Source: an uncultured Candidatus Bathyarchaeia archaeon
GTDB taxonomy: Archaea; Thermoproteota; Bathyarchaeia; Bathyarchaeales; Bathyarchaeaceae
Direction: 5' to 3'
Assembly (NCBI GenBank): GCA_964418675.1
Contig: CAYQMM010000003.1
Location: forward strand, 152,202-216,201
Length of the DNA stretch: 64,000 nt
The position numbers were made by a program, and so were the translations under genes. Positions 1 to 7,728 of this stretch are shown here, one piece after another. Numbering within the stretch: position 1 is the first letter of the stretch; the number at the start of each line of letters is the position of its first letter. Under the pieces are notes generated by a model, which ran no database searches, was not told the DNA's origin, and saw only the letters and a program-made list of their open reading frames with translations.

Positions 1-432
1 AGGCGTACTTTTCATGCGTTCAAAACCAAGATTAATAGTGAAATGCTTCCCACAACTCTTACAGTAGTAAACCTGAATGTCTCCACGTTTATTGTGCCTC
101 ACTCCATCCCTAACCAAATTTTCAGAACCACAAATTTGACAAGATTGCAGATTCGCAATAGGTTCAATTTTTACTTTCTCAACCGTTCTTCTTAGAGCAA
201 TCGAAAATTTTACAGCAAAAATGTGCTTACATTTCACTCCCCTAAATTGATGGTCTGGACACTCACAAACCCAGTTGTTATCTACTTTAGAAACGATATA
301 GCTACCATTTCCGCTTTGAGAAAGAACCCGATAAGAGAAACTGTCAACATTTCGGATGCTGTTTCGGTTATTATTAAAAATCTCTAAACCTCTTTCTTCC
401 CGAAGTTTTTGGAGTTCTTGTATGCTCATCAT
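1..432 (-). CDS. IS/transposase-like protein, N-terminal part only (SWIM-type zinc finger plus CxxC...CxxC zinc ribbon); the gene runs off the left edge
   Basis: This is my own reverse-strand translation from the ATG at 430-432: MMSIQELQKLREERG...NNWVCECPDHQFRGVKCKHIFAV...CQICGSENLVRDGVRHNKRGDIQVYYCKSCGKHFTINLGFERMKSTP. The frame is open to position 1. It is absent from the supplied track because its 3' end is cut by the window edge. Confidence 0.6.
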   Translation of the reverse strand, partial: MMSIQELQKLREERGLEIFNNNRNSIRNVDSFSYRVLSQSGNGSYIVSKVDNNWVCECPDHQFRGVKCKHIFAVKFSIALRRTVEKVKIEPIANLQSCQICGSENLVRDGVRHNKRGDIQVYYCKSCGKHFTINLGFERMKSTP

Positions 433-436
433 AGGC

Positions 437-545
437 TTTACCTACAATTTTACCTATACACTTACCTAGTATATAAACATTTAGGTAAAAAAATTAGACA
501 ACAAATAGGTAAAAAGTTTTATAAGTTACCTACAACATTACCTAC
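437..545. promoter_or_regulatory. Array of seven TTACCTA heptamers (five direct, two inverted) in the divergent intergenic region; likely an operator/iteron array, with TATA-like boxes
   Basis: TACCTA cores start at 439, 451, 463, 527 and 539, in direct orientation with 12-bp phasing. TAGGTA cores start at 482 and 506, inverted and 24 bp apart. AT boxes are tatataaa at 470-477 and ttttataa at 517-524. Confidence 0.5.
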
Positions 546-561
546 TCGTAGAGGAAATAAT

Positions 562-753
562 ATGAACGAAAAAGAGGACTTGGGGGAAACAACAACACTC
601 ACACCCGCAACCACAAAAAGTACCTCAATGAGAGCAACTGTCCCCATGAGCATAATCAAACAATTCAACCTAAAAGCAGGAGACAAACTTGGTTGGAAAC
701 TTAAAATTGAAGATGGGGAATTGGTGGTAATTGTAAGACCGATAAAAGAATGA
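562..753 (+). CDS. AbrB/MazE/SpoVT-type DNA-binding protein (63 aa)
   Basis: The C-terminal half of track ORF 409..753 reads ...SMRATVPMSIIKQFNLKAGDKLGWKLKIEDGELVVIVRPI, a typical swapped-hairpin AbrB fold signature. I moved the start to the ATG at 562 because the upstream part of the ORF is the repeat-laden promoter region. Confidence 0.7.
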   Translation: MNEKEDLGETTTLTPATTKSTSMRATVPMSIIKQFNLKAGDKLGWKLKIEDGELVVIVRPIKE

Positions 754-761
754 AAAAAAAC

Positions 762-3700
762 TTAGTCAAAATTAATTTCAGCGTTAAGATAATTTCCAAA
801 TGATGATAGTATGTTGTTTTTTACTTCATCTATTGCCTCATATTTTTTGCAGATTTCTCTTTGTTTATCAATATCATATTCTCCATCATCTTTAATGGGT
901 ATTTTCAGGATAGCTTGTTTCAATATTGACAGTGTTACTCTTTTATTCCCTTCACCGATTGCATAATCTTTGAGAGTTTTCGATAAATAGCGGTGAATAT
1001 AACCAATGTCGATTTGGTCTTCATAGTCGCCTTTTAACAATAAAACGCCACAATGAGTTGTTATGCTAAATTTTCCATTCCTATAGAAGACAGTTCCAGC
1101 ATAAATCCCATCTGTTGTCCACGTAATACATTCAGAATCATAATCGTATGTGTCAATGCACCCAATTACTCCTTCATCAGTGGTTTTAGAAGAATAAACG
1201 GGATATGATCCGCTATGAGTTCTAATGTAATTCAACGTATATTTTGCAGAGCCTTTATGACACTTGAAAAACTTTGTTATGTTTTCCTCTACAAAGTTGT
1301 CTCCAATTTCAAAATCTACAGATGCCGATTCAATTTCATCCTTAATCATTGACAATTTGCTTTTTACTTCTTCAATCTGATCTATTTTTCCAAGAAGATA
1401 TGTCTGATCGTCTAAACTGTAGTTTCCCGTATTATCAACAGGTATAGGAATTGTCAAATCCCTGATTTTGGCAACACCACATTTATTGCTATATAAAAAA
1501 CCCGATGTCAAAAATTTTCTTTCAAGTTGCCATCGCAAATAATCTAAATTCATTAATTTCCCATACTCGTTCTTAAGAAGCATCACACGATGATCATCAT
1601 TTGTAGCAAATCTGTGTTTATGTACAAAAACCCTTCCAACATGAACGCCATTTCTGTTCCAACCTATACAGTCCTCATAGTATTTTATCCCCTGAATGTT
1701 ATCTCGAATTTGACCAATTATTGAGCTTTCATGTTTTGAGCAACCATGAACAGGAACGTCTCCATCATTTTCCCTACAAAACTTTCTTGTTAATTTAGTG
1801 TTGGTTGGTGGAAATTTAAACAAATCACCGATTTTTGCCTGTTTAAACTCTATCTTTTTTTGTGTTTTTTTTAAGGTTCTTAATTTTTCAACACTTTTAG
1901 AAAATACGTCACCTGTGTCTTCAATTTTTTCTATAAATTCGTCTAGTTCCAAAACTTCTGTTTCTTCTTCTATACCAAGATCGATTTTTTCCTCTTTTGT
2001 CCACCAATTATCAATATACCAATACTCCTCTTTGTCAAATCGTTCAATTGGTTGCAGTTTGCATCTTGGATCGCCAATTTCTTTTACTGGAAAAGTGTTT
2101 GGTGAGCCTTTATACGAATTGAATAAATCCTTTGCTTTTTCTAAGTCACTTTTTCCTTCTATTTCAAATCTATAGACATTTAATTGTTCACCAATGTTAC
2201 TTACTAAATAGGTGAATACTGGGAAGTCTTGTTCTTGTTTGGGATTATTCTTTTTTGTTATTCCTAGGATGAATGTTTTTTGTGGTGTATTAAAGAATGT
2301 TTTTGATGGTAAAGATATTATACAATTAACGAAACACTGTTCTCTAATATACTTCCTCAATTCTTTATTTTGTCTAACATTCAAGATGCTGTGAGGTATT
2401 ATTACAAATGCTCTGCCATTACGCCTTAAACTTCGTATTATCCATTCTAATGCTAATCCATCTACGCCTTTGCTACCTGTAGTATAGTAAGCTTGCAATC
2501 CTTCTGTTTTTATTTCTTCTTTTATTGAGGTAACGCCACTTGTTATGTATGGAGGATTTGTTAGGATAAGATCATATTTTTCAGCTTCGTTGGTTATGAT
2601 CCTGTTTAATGTTCCCAAATTTGACTCAGTTAAGAAGTGAAAAATACGATTAAAAAGTGCAGAGAACTCTTTCGTGATGTTTGGATACTTCTCTACAATA
2701 TCTGATAGGTAAATGAGAAGATTAGCTTTAGCAAGTATTATAAGACGTTCCTCATCACTGTCCGAACCTTTATCATAACCCTCGTAGGTTATTGTGGGTT
2801 CTATTTTCCCGTTTTTAGGAATAAAATCTTGCTTCCTAATGGGCTTTTGTATTGTTTCTGCTATGAAGCCACCTACACCACAAAAAGGATCGCATACCCG
2901 TGAACCCTCTGGGAGTTTCTCAACATCAGCCATATCTACAATGGCTCGAACAACTTTTCTAGGTGTGAAAAATTGTCCTAATCTACTCTTATCTGAGCTT
3001 TCTTTAAGAAATGTTTCAAAAAGCTTTGTCTTAAACTCTTTCTTGATATGCCTAAGTGTTGTAAAATTATCATATTTTTTTAGTGTACTTTTGAAAAGAT
3101 TGGCTTGGCTGAAGACAGGGTTACCACTTGCATCTACAAAAATAGTACCATTTATGATGGTTGTTTTATCTTTTCCTTCTGGGAATAGTTCTCTTATTTT
3201 CTTGCGTGTATTTATAGCGTAGTAATTAAGCACATCTTTGTTCTTGACTTTTTGAGCATACATACCATATACAGTTTTGAAGTCATTTGGAACTTTGAGA
3301 ACTTCAAGATCGCTAAGGAATTTAAAGATAAACAGTTCAACAACATTGTACAAGCATTTTTCAGGTTCTTTTCCAGTGTTGATATAAATGTCTTGCCATA
3401 CACCTTTAGCTAAACTTAGCGGATCGACGGTTTCAGTGGGGATTAGTGTAGAATTTTTCTCATTTACTGCCGATAATATTCTATCTACATAATCCAATGT
3501 ATTTTTTGTTGTCTCCGCTAACTTGTCAAAAATAGGCTCGGAAACATCTTGGATTACAAAAGGTTCACTTAAATCTTTTTTATCCTCATTCCTAATGATC
3601 GAATAACTACGTTCAACATTGTACTTGTCTCTGTATGTGTTATTCTTGTTTGATTGTCTTGGGTTTATCCAGATGAATAGTTGTCCATCGGTAATTACGC

Positions 3701-4010
3701 CCATTTTTGAATTTAGAACTTGACAAACATCGTTACATTGTTCTATAGCGCTTTTCTTTTGGGCATCAGTCCTAAACTCTGATGGTTGCTTATATTCTAC
3801 TACAGCGATTACGGTAATGTTTTCTTTGTTTTGCCTATTGACAAGTAAGCCGTCTGGTTTTCGTTGGGAATATCTGCCGTAATCAACATTGGGAATAATT
3901 CGATAATTTTTATACTGATTGAGCGTAGTGTCTTGGGTAGGAAAATATTCAAGATGTCCAATTTTGACACCCGCTTCCGTAAAACCCTTACTTATTAATT
4001 CTTCGCTCAT
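762..4010 (-). CDS. Single-polypeptide restriction-modification enzyme (Type IIB/IIG-like RMS fusion): N-terminal PD-(D/E)xK nuclease, gamma-class N6-adenine methyltransferase, and a C-terminal two-TRD specificity region
   Basis: The 1082-aa ORF carries PDGLL...VVEYK (nuclease), QFFTPRKV (motif X), DPFCGVGGF (motif I, AdoMet binding) and TNPPY (motif IV). About 460 aa at the C-terminus form two similar HsdS-like halves. Confidence 0.8.
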   Translation of the reverse strand: MSEELISKGFTEAGVKIGHLEYFPTQDTTLNQYKNYRIIPNVDYGRYSQRKPDGLLVNRQNKENITVIAVVEYKQPSEFRTDAQKKSAIEQCNDVCQVLNSKMGVITDGQLFIWINPRQSNKNNTYRDKYNVERSYSIIRNEDKKDLSEPFVIQDVSEPIFDKLAETTKNTLDYVDRILSAVNEKNSTLIPTETVDPLSLAKGVWQDIYINTGKEPEKCLYNVVELFIFKFLSDLEVLKVPNDFKTVYGMYAQKVKNKDVLNYYAINTRKKIRELFPEGKDKTTIINGTIFVDASGNPVFSQANLFKSTLKKYDNFTTLRHIKKEFKTKLFETFLKESSDKSRLGQFFTPRKVVRAIVDMADVEKLPEGSRVCDPFCGVGGFIAETIQKPIRKQDFIPKNGKIEPTITYEGYDKGSDSDEERLIILAKANLLIYLSDIVEKYPNITKEFSALFNRIFHFLTESNLGTLNRIITNEAEKYDLILTNPPYITSGVTSIKEEIKTEGLQAYYTTGSKGVDGLALEWIIRSLRRNGRAFVIIPHSILNVRQNKELRKYIREQCFVNCIISLPSKTFFNTPQKTFILGITKKNNPKQEQDFPVFTYLVSNIGEQLNVYRFEIEGKSDLEKAKDLFNSYKGSPNTFPVKEIGDPRCKLQPIERFDKEEYWYIDNWWTKEEKIDLGIEEETEVLELDEFIEKIEDTGDVFSKSVEKLRTLKKTQKKIEFKQAKIGDLFKFPPTNTKLTRKFCRENDGDVPVHGCSKHESSIIGQIRDNIQGIKYYEDCIGWNRNGVHVGRVFVHKHRFATNDDHRVMLLKNEYGKLMNLDYLRWQLERKFLTSGFLYSNKCGVAKIRDLTIPIPVDNTGNYSLDDQTYLLGKIDQIEEVKSKLSMIKDEIESASVDFEIGDNFVEENITKFFKCHKGSAKYTLNYIRTHSGSYPVYSSKTTDEGVIGCIDTYDYDSECITWTTDGIYAGTVFYRNGKFSITTHCGVLLLKGDYEDQIDIGYIHRYLSKTLKDYAIGEGNKRVTLSILKQAILKIPIKDDGEYDIDKQREICKKYEAIDEVKNNILSSFGNYLNAEINFD

Positions 4011-4160
4011 CAGGATCGGCTAAAAATATATGATTGCATCCATATATCCTTTATCGACTTCATCTTGTACAAAAAAGGGGTTTTATTAGTCAGAATATGC
4101 TGATGATTAACACCTTTACGGAAAGTAGCCAACTCTTCGTAGGTTTCTATCCCACGACAG

Positions 4161-4613
4161 TTAACACCCTTTCCCATCCCGCAAGGAGTTAACAGAACCC
4201 GACTTCAGGCTCTTATTCTTCAAAGTCTCCAGATAGGCTGCCAACCCCTCTATGTCCTTGACATCATGTCCCACCAAACCGGATAATCTTCTCCAGAAGA
4301 GAAGATTGGGGGTAATTTTCATCCCTTCTAGGCAACGAGCCAAGCGGTGTGTCCAGTTTTTGCCCTGCCGGTCAAAGTCCAAGAGCAGGATGACTTTGCG
4401 TTCTCCGCTTTTTTCTATTTCTCCAACAACGTCGAGGAAGGATTTTCCCGAGGTTTTTGCCGAAATTATGTTGCCGGTTATTCCCAATCTGTTGAGGGTT
4501 TGGATGTCGTTTCTTCCCTCCACCACTATGGGAGTGCCGTTGCTTGCTTGCTTCTTCAGTCTTTCCAAAAGTTTATGGATTTCTTCAAGCCTCTTCTCCG
4601 TTTTCGTTGACAA
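4161..4613 (-). CDS. Small Toprim-domain protein (RNase M5/primase-like, COG1658-type)
   Basis: VVEGRNDIQTLNRLG...VILLLDFDRQG shows the Toprim E...DxD pattern in a 150-aa protein. Confidence 0.65.
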   Translation of the reverse strand: MSTKTEKRLEEIHKLLERLKKQASNGTPIVVEGRNDIQTLNRLGITGNIISAKTSGKSFLDVVGEIEKSGERKVILLLDFDRQGKNWTHRLARCLEGMKITPNLLFWRRLSGLVGHDVKDIEGLAAYLETLKNKSLKSGSVNSLRDGKGC

Positions 4614-4618
4614 CTTTT

Positions 4619-5704
4619 CTACCTAGTTATCTCTATCTTCAACATCTTTTCCAGCGTCTCTGGATGTTCACGGAAATGCTCTCTGACAGGCTTCAGTATA
4701 TCGACCAAGGCTTCGGCGACGCCGTTCTTCAGGTCAAGAGGATGCATTTTGCCTTGGGCGTAGACATCTGCTAACTGCTTGAAGCTTTCGAAGGTTTCTG
4801 GACCGCCATATTTGGCTGGTCGCGGTATTTCCAAAAGCTCTCTTTCACCAAAGATTACGAGCCTCGCCAATTCGAGGATGGGATTCGCCTTCACCACTTT
4901 AGGGGGACAGTAAGCATCCCTTATTTTAGCTCTGATTTCTTTGGGAGTGTCATGAACTAGTATGCTGCTTTGGGGTATGCTCTTGGACATTTTGGAGCTA
5001 ATCTCCACGTTCAGGTCTGCATTTTCGTCAAACTTCTGCTCTGTGCTCTGGGGTCCCTGAAGCCCAATCAAAAGGGGAGTGTGGACGGTGGAAGGCTTTT
5101 TCCATCTGAGCTTTTCTGCTGCGTCTCTCGCTAGCATATGGGCTTTTCTCTGGTCTATACCTGAACAGGCTACATCTAGGTTCATCTGGAAGATGTCTGC
5201 CGCTTGCATGCACGGATAGAAAATCCACGCTGTCTCCATGTCTGTCATGCTGGTTTCGCGACCCATAACGGGAAGGGCGCGCCATGTTCTCTTCACTGAG
5301 ACGCTTTTGGCTATGCGGATGACCTTTTCCCAGTATTCAACTTTGTCTGTTATGTCTGATGCCCAACGGAATTCAACCTTGTCGGGTGTTAAGCCTAGGG
5401 CTGTGAAGATTTGCTTCAGGTATTCTCCACAGGTGCGGATGTTCTCCATGTCTCCGCCTAGCTTGTTGTTTATCCATGAGTGCCAGTCGGCTAGGAAGAT
5501 GGTGAAGTCGAAGCCAGCGTTGACCATATCCTTGATTTTTGCGGAGCAGACCAAACCTATGCCTATATGCAATAGTCCAGAACATTCGAAGCCCCAGTAG
5601 GCTCGGGGATTAGCCTCTGTCTCCAGTAGCGTCTGGATTTCCTGGGGAGTAATAACCTCCGCCGTGTTCCTCATGACAAGGTCTATTCTTTCTTGCAAGT
5701 CCAA
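4619..5704 (-). CDS. tyrS: Tyrosyl-tRNA synthetase (archaeal type)
   Basis: The sequence is collinear with my recollection of M. jannaschii TyrRS: GFECSGLLHIG (HIGH region), FLADWHS, YPCMQAADI, QRKAHMLARD, KMSKS, IRAKIRDAYCPP and MHPLDLKNGVAEALV. Confidence 0.93.
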   Translation of the reverse strand: MDLQERIDLVMRNTAEVITPQEIQTLLETEANPRAYWGFECSGLLHIGIGLVCSAKIKDMVNAGFDFTIFLADWHSWINNKLGGDMENIRTCGEYLKQIFTALGLTPDKVEFRWASDITDKVEYWEKVIRIAKSVSVKRTWRALPVMGRETSMTDMETAWIFYPCMQAADIFQMNLDVACSGIDQRKAHMLARDAAEKLRWKKPSTVHTPLLIGLQGPQSTEQKFDENADLNVEISSKMSKSIPQSSILVHDTPKEIRAKIRDAYCPPKVVKANPILELARLVIFGERELLEIPRPAKYGGPETFESFKQLADVYAQGKMHPLDLKNGVAEALVDILKPVREHFREHPETLEKMLKIEITR

Positions 5705-5759
5705 GTATAGCGCCCTCGTTATCCTCTCATCTTATTCTACAAACTTAAAAGTTCTTATC

Positions 5760-5978
5760 GCGGGCGTTGTGTCCCACGTAACTAACTCTCACCCTCACAG
5801 TTGGAGCTAAGCGCTCTTCTCAGATGAGCTCTCTCAAACGTGGGTTGATTTGCCCGCGCCCACCGTGTCCCATGCCTGGGTAAACCCTCCGTCAACGGTA
5901 GATGAAAGTCACCATCCTCTGTCGGGTCCGTCTGCATGAGCCCATTAAGGTGCCGGCGGGATTATGCTCCAGCCCACC
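5760..5978. ncRNA. Unclassified structured-RNA candidate (or structured tyrS leader) between pheT and tyrS
   Basis: The 347-bp gap has no credible ORF and is visibly richer in G+C than its flanks. A long hairpin spans 5760-5857 (GCGGGC/GCCCGC plus CCCACGT 5773-5779 / ACGTGGG 5838-5844). A second domain is closed by CATGC 5871-5875 / GCATG 5934-5938 and contains three small hairpins. I could not fit SRP, RNase P or tRNA consensus motifs, and the strand is undetermined. Confidence 0.35.
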
Positions 5979-6051
5979 TATCATCGCAAAACAATAGTAC
6001 ACAGGCAAGAACATAAAACTTTTCCATTCACGAAAGATGAGCAGCATTTGA

Positions 6052-7728
6052 CTATATGATTTTTTGCAGGTCGATTTCGAAGGCGCTTGTCGGATTCTCC
6101 AGTTCAAAGTTGTTCAGGACTTCCGGGTGAATCTCTCCGACAACACCAAGTTCTTTGCCTTTGATGTAAACAGCGGCTACTCTCCCCTCTAAGAAGCTCG
6201 GATGCTTAGCTTCTTTCACTGTCCAGTTTTTCAAGCTAAGGTTCATCAACAAGGCTTCCAAGTAAGATTTCATCTCTGTGAAGTTTGCGGTTGGATGAGA
6301 GGAGACTCCAGCGGCATGCAGTCGCCGTTCTGTGCGAGTCTCAGCTTTCTTGTCGATTCTTATCACGTCAGAGACCTCAAACATCCGCTGAGGAAAAACT
6401 TGATGCTTATTGTCCGCCAGATTCCTCATCAAGCTAGGCAACAGGTCATTTCTTATTATGGAATACTCCGTGGAAACCGGGTTCGCCAACCTAACCAATC
6501 CCTCAGTTTTTCTTCTCATTTTCTGGTAGTGGTCCTCTTCGTTGGCGAGAATGAAGTTCAGGGCTTCCACGAATCCCAGCCCCACCATTATCTGCCGCAC
6601 ATCCTTCGCCACCTCACTCACCCGATGCTCCTTGCCCGTTGTCACAGTCGCCGGCTTCGAGGGCTTCAACCTAAAATATCCATAGCCGATTGCAACCTCT
6701 TCAACCAAGTCAATCTCATGCAGTATGTCGATTCGGTAGGCGGGAATCGTAACTTCCAAAACTCCTTTCTCAGCTTTTTTTGCGTCAAGTCTGGATTTAC
6801 GAAGAGCCTCCACAGTTTTTGCGGCTGAAAGCCTGAGACCCAGCAGCTCGTTAGCATAATCCACCTTCAGTTTCATCTTCTGGGGCGTCAAGTCGGGTGT
6901 AACCAAGTTGTGGTCGGGATACTTGATGGCTACGCTTTCTATGGTGCCTCCCATATCTGATAGAGCTGTGACTAGGACGTTTAGGCTTCTTGAGATGGCG
7001 TTAAGTTCGGTGCCAGTGATGTCGATGAAGAGATTCCGTGTATTTTCGTCCACCCGGGTCAGCTCGCCATTAATTATAGGTGGGAAAGAGAGAACTCTCC
7101 TCTGCTTGTCCACTATTAACGGGTATCTTGGAGCCCAATCCACTTCACTTTTGTATGCCACGCCCTTCTCATGCTTCTCCAGAATCTCCTGCGGCGTCAT
7201 CTCTTCCGTCTTATCTAAGGGAACAAACTTGATTTCGTTGGGGGCGCATGTTATATAGGAGAATGGGGGTTCAACGGCATTCAGGTTGTGCACTCCGATG
7301 GAAGCCTTTTTTCTGTCTCTGCCCACCATCCAGTGAAGGTCCTCCTGCATGTCTATGAGCTCCCGAAGGGCGGCAAGGTCAATCTTCAAGTCTCGAACTG
7401 CAGCAGCCACAACGTACGGGCGGACATTAGCCACACTTTTGTCAACGCTTAGAACGATGTTTCCCTCTTCCACATCATATTTAGGCAAGCCTGTCTCCCA
7501 GCCCATGAGCCCCCGAAAGGCTCTCGCCACTCCCCCGTAACTGGAAAAGTCCACACGATTCGGGTTATACTCAATCTTCACATAATCCGAACCAATCTCT
7601 TCGGTGTCAGTTCCCAGCCATGGAAGCCACTTAGCCATCTCTTCCACGCTTAAATCTCGCCCAACAAAAGTGGAGAAGCGCTCTCGCTCCAAGGTTATCG
7701 TTGGCACACCGGGGTCCTCCTTATCCAA
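6052..7728 (-). CDS. pheT: Phenylalanyl-tRNA synthetase beta subunit (archaeal)
   Basis: The 558-aa ORF lies directly downstream of pheS and has archaeal PheT length and B3/4-B5 style sequence. The annotated start overlaps the pheS stop by 34 nt, so a slightly internal start (GTG at 7707) is possible. Confidence 0.88.
   Translation of the reverse strand: MDKEDPGVPTITLERERFSTFVGRDLSVEEMAKWLPWLGTDTEEIGSDYVKIEYNPNRVDFSSYGGVARAFRGLMGWETGLPKYDVEEGNIVLSVDKSVANVRPYVVAAAVRDLKIDLAALRELIDMQEDLHWMVGRDRKKASIGVHNLNAVEPPFSYITCAPNEIKFVPLDKTEEMTPQEILEKHEKGVAYKSEVDWAPRYPLIVDKQRRVLSFPPIINGELTRVDENTRNLFIDITGTELNAISRSLNVLVTALSDMGGTIESVAIKYPDHNLVTPDLTPQKMKLKVDYANELLGLRLSAAKTVEALRKSRLDAKKAEKGVLEVTIPAYRIDILHEIDLVEEVAIGYGYFRLKPSKPATVTTGKEHRVSEVAKDVRQIMVGLGFVEALNFILANEEDHYQKMRRKTEGLVRLANPVSTEYSIIRNDLLPSLMRNLADNKHQVFPQRMFEVSDVIRIDKKAETRTERRLHAAGVSSHPTANFTEMKSYLEALLMNLSLKNWTVKEAKHPSFLEGRVAAVYIKGKELGVVGEIHPEVLNNFELENPTSAFEIDLQKII

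Noticed and set aside
409-561. The N-terminal 51 codons of track ORF 409..753.
   Set aside because: This part reads through the TTACCTA repeat array and TATA-like boxes (translated as LYLQFYLYTYLVYKHLGKK...). The AbrB domain starts after the internal ATG at 562, so I shortened the gene.
1798-3222. Several plus-strand ORFs inside the RM gene (1798-2175, 2212-2394 and 2794-3222), and similar antisense ORFs inside pheT, pheS, tyrS, lysC, hom and others.
   Set aside because: All lie antisense to long ORFs with strong family motifs and have shadow-ORF composition. I did not list them as features.
5760-5978. Assigning the pheT-tyrS spacer to SRP RNA, RNase P RNA or a T-box-like riboswitch.
   Set aside because: There are partial resemblances only: GAUGAAAGUC versus the CR-I GAGGAAAGUCC, GGUGCCGG, GGGUAAACCC, and GGUGGGCGCGGG versus the T-box GGUGGNACCGCG. 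These occur in the wrong order or context, with no helix-8 GGAA/AGCA motif and no CR-V. I could not support any family by eye, so it is left unclassified.
7695-7728. The 34-nt overlap of pheS and pheT, considered as a possible programmed event.
   Set aside because: It is more simply explained by pheT using a slightly internal start (a GTG at 7707 gives VPTITLERERF, close to typical archaeal PheT N-termini). A short overlap of operon genes is ordinary.
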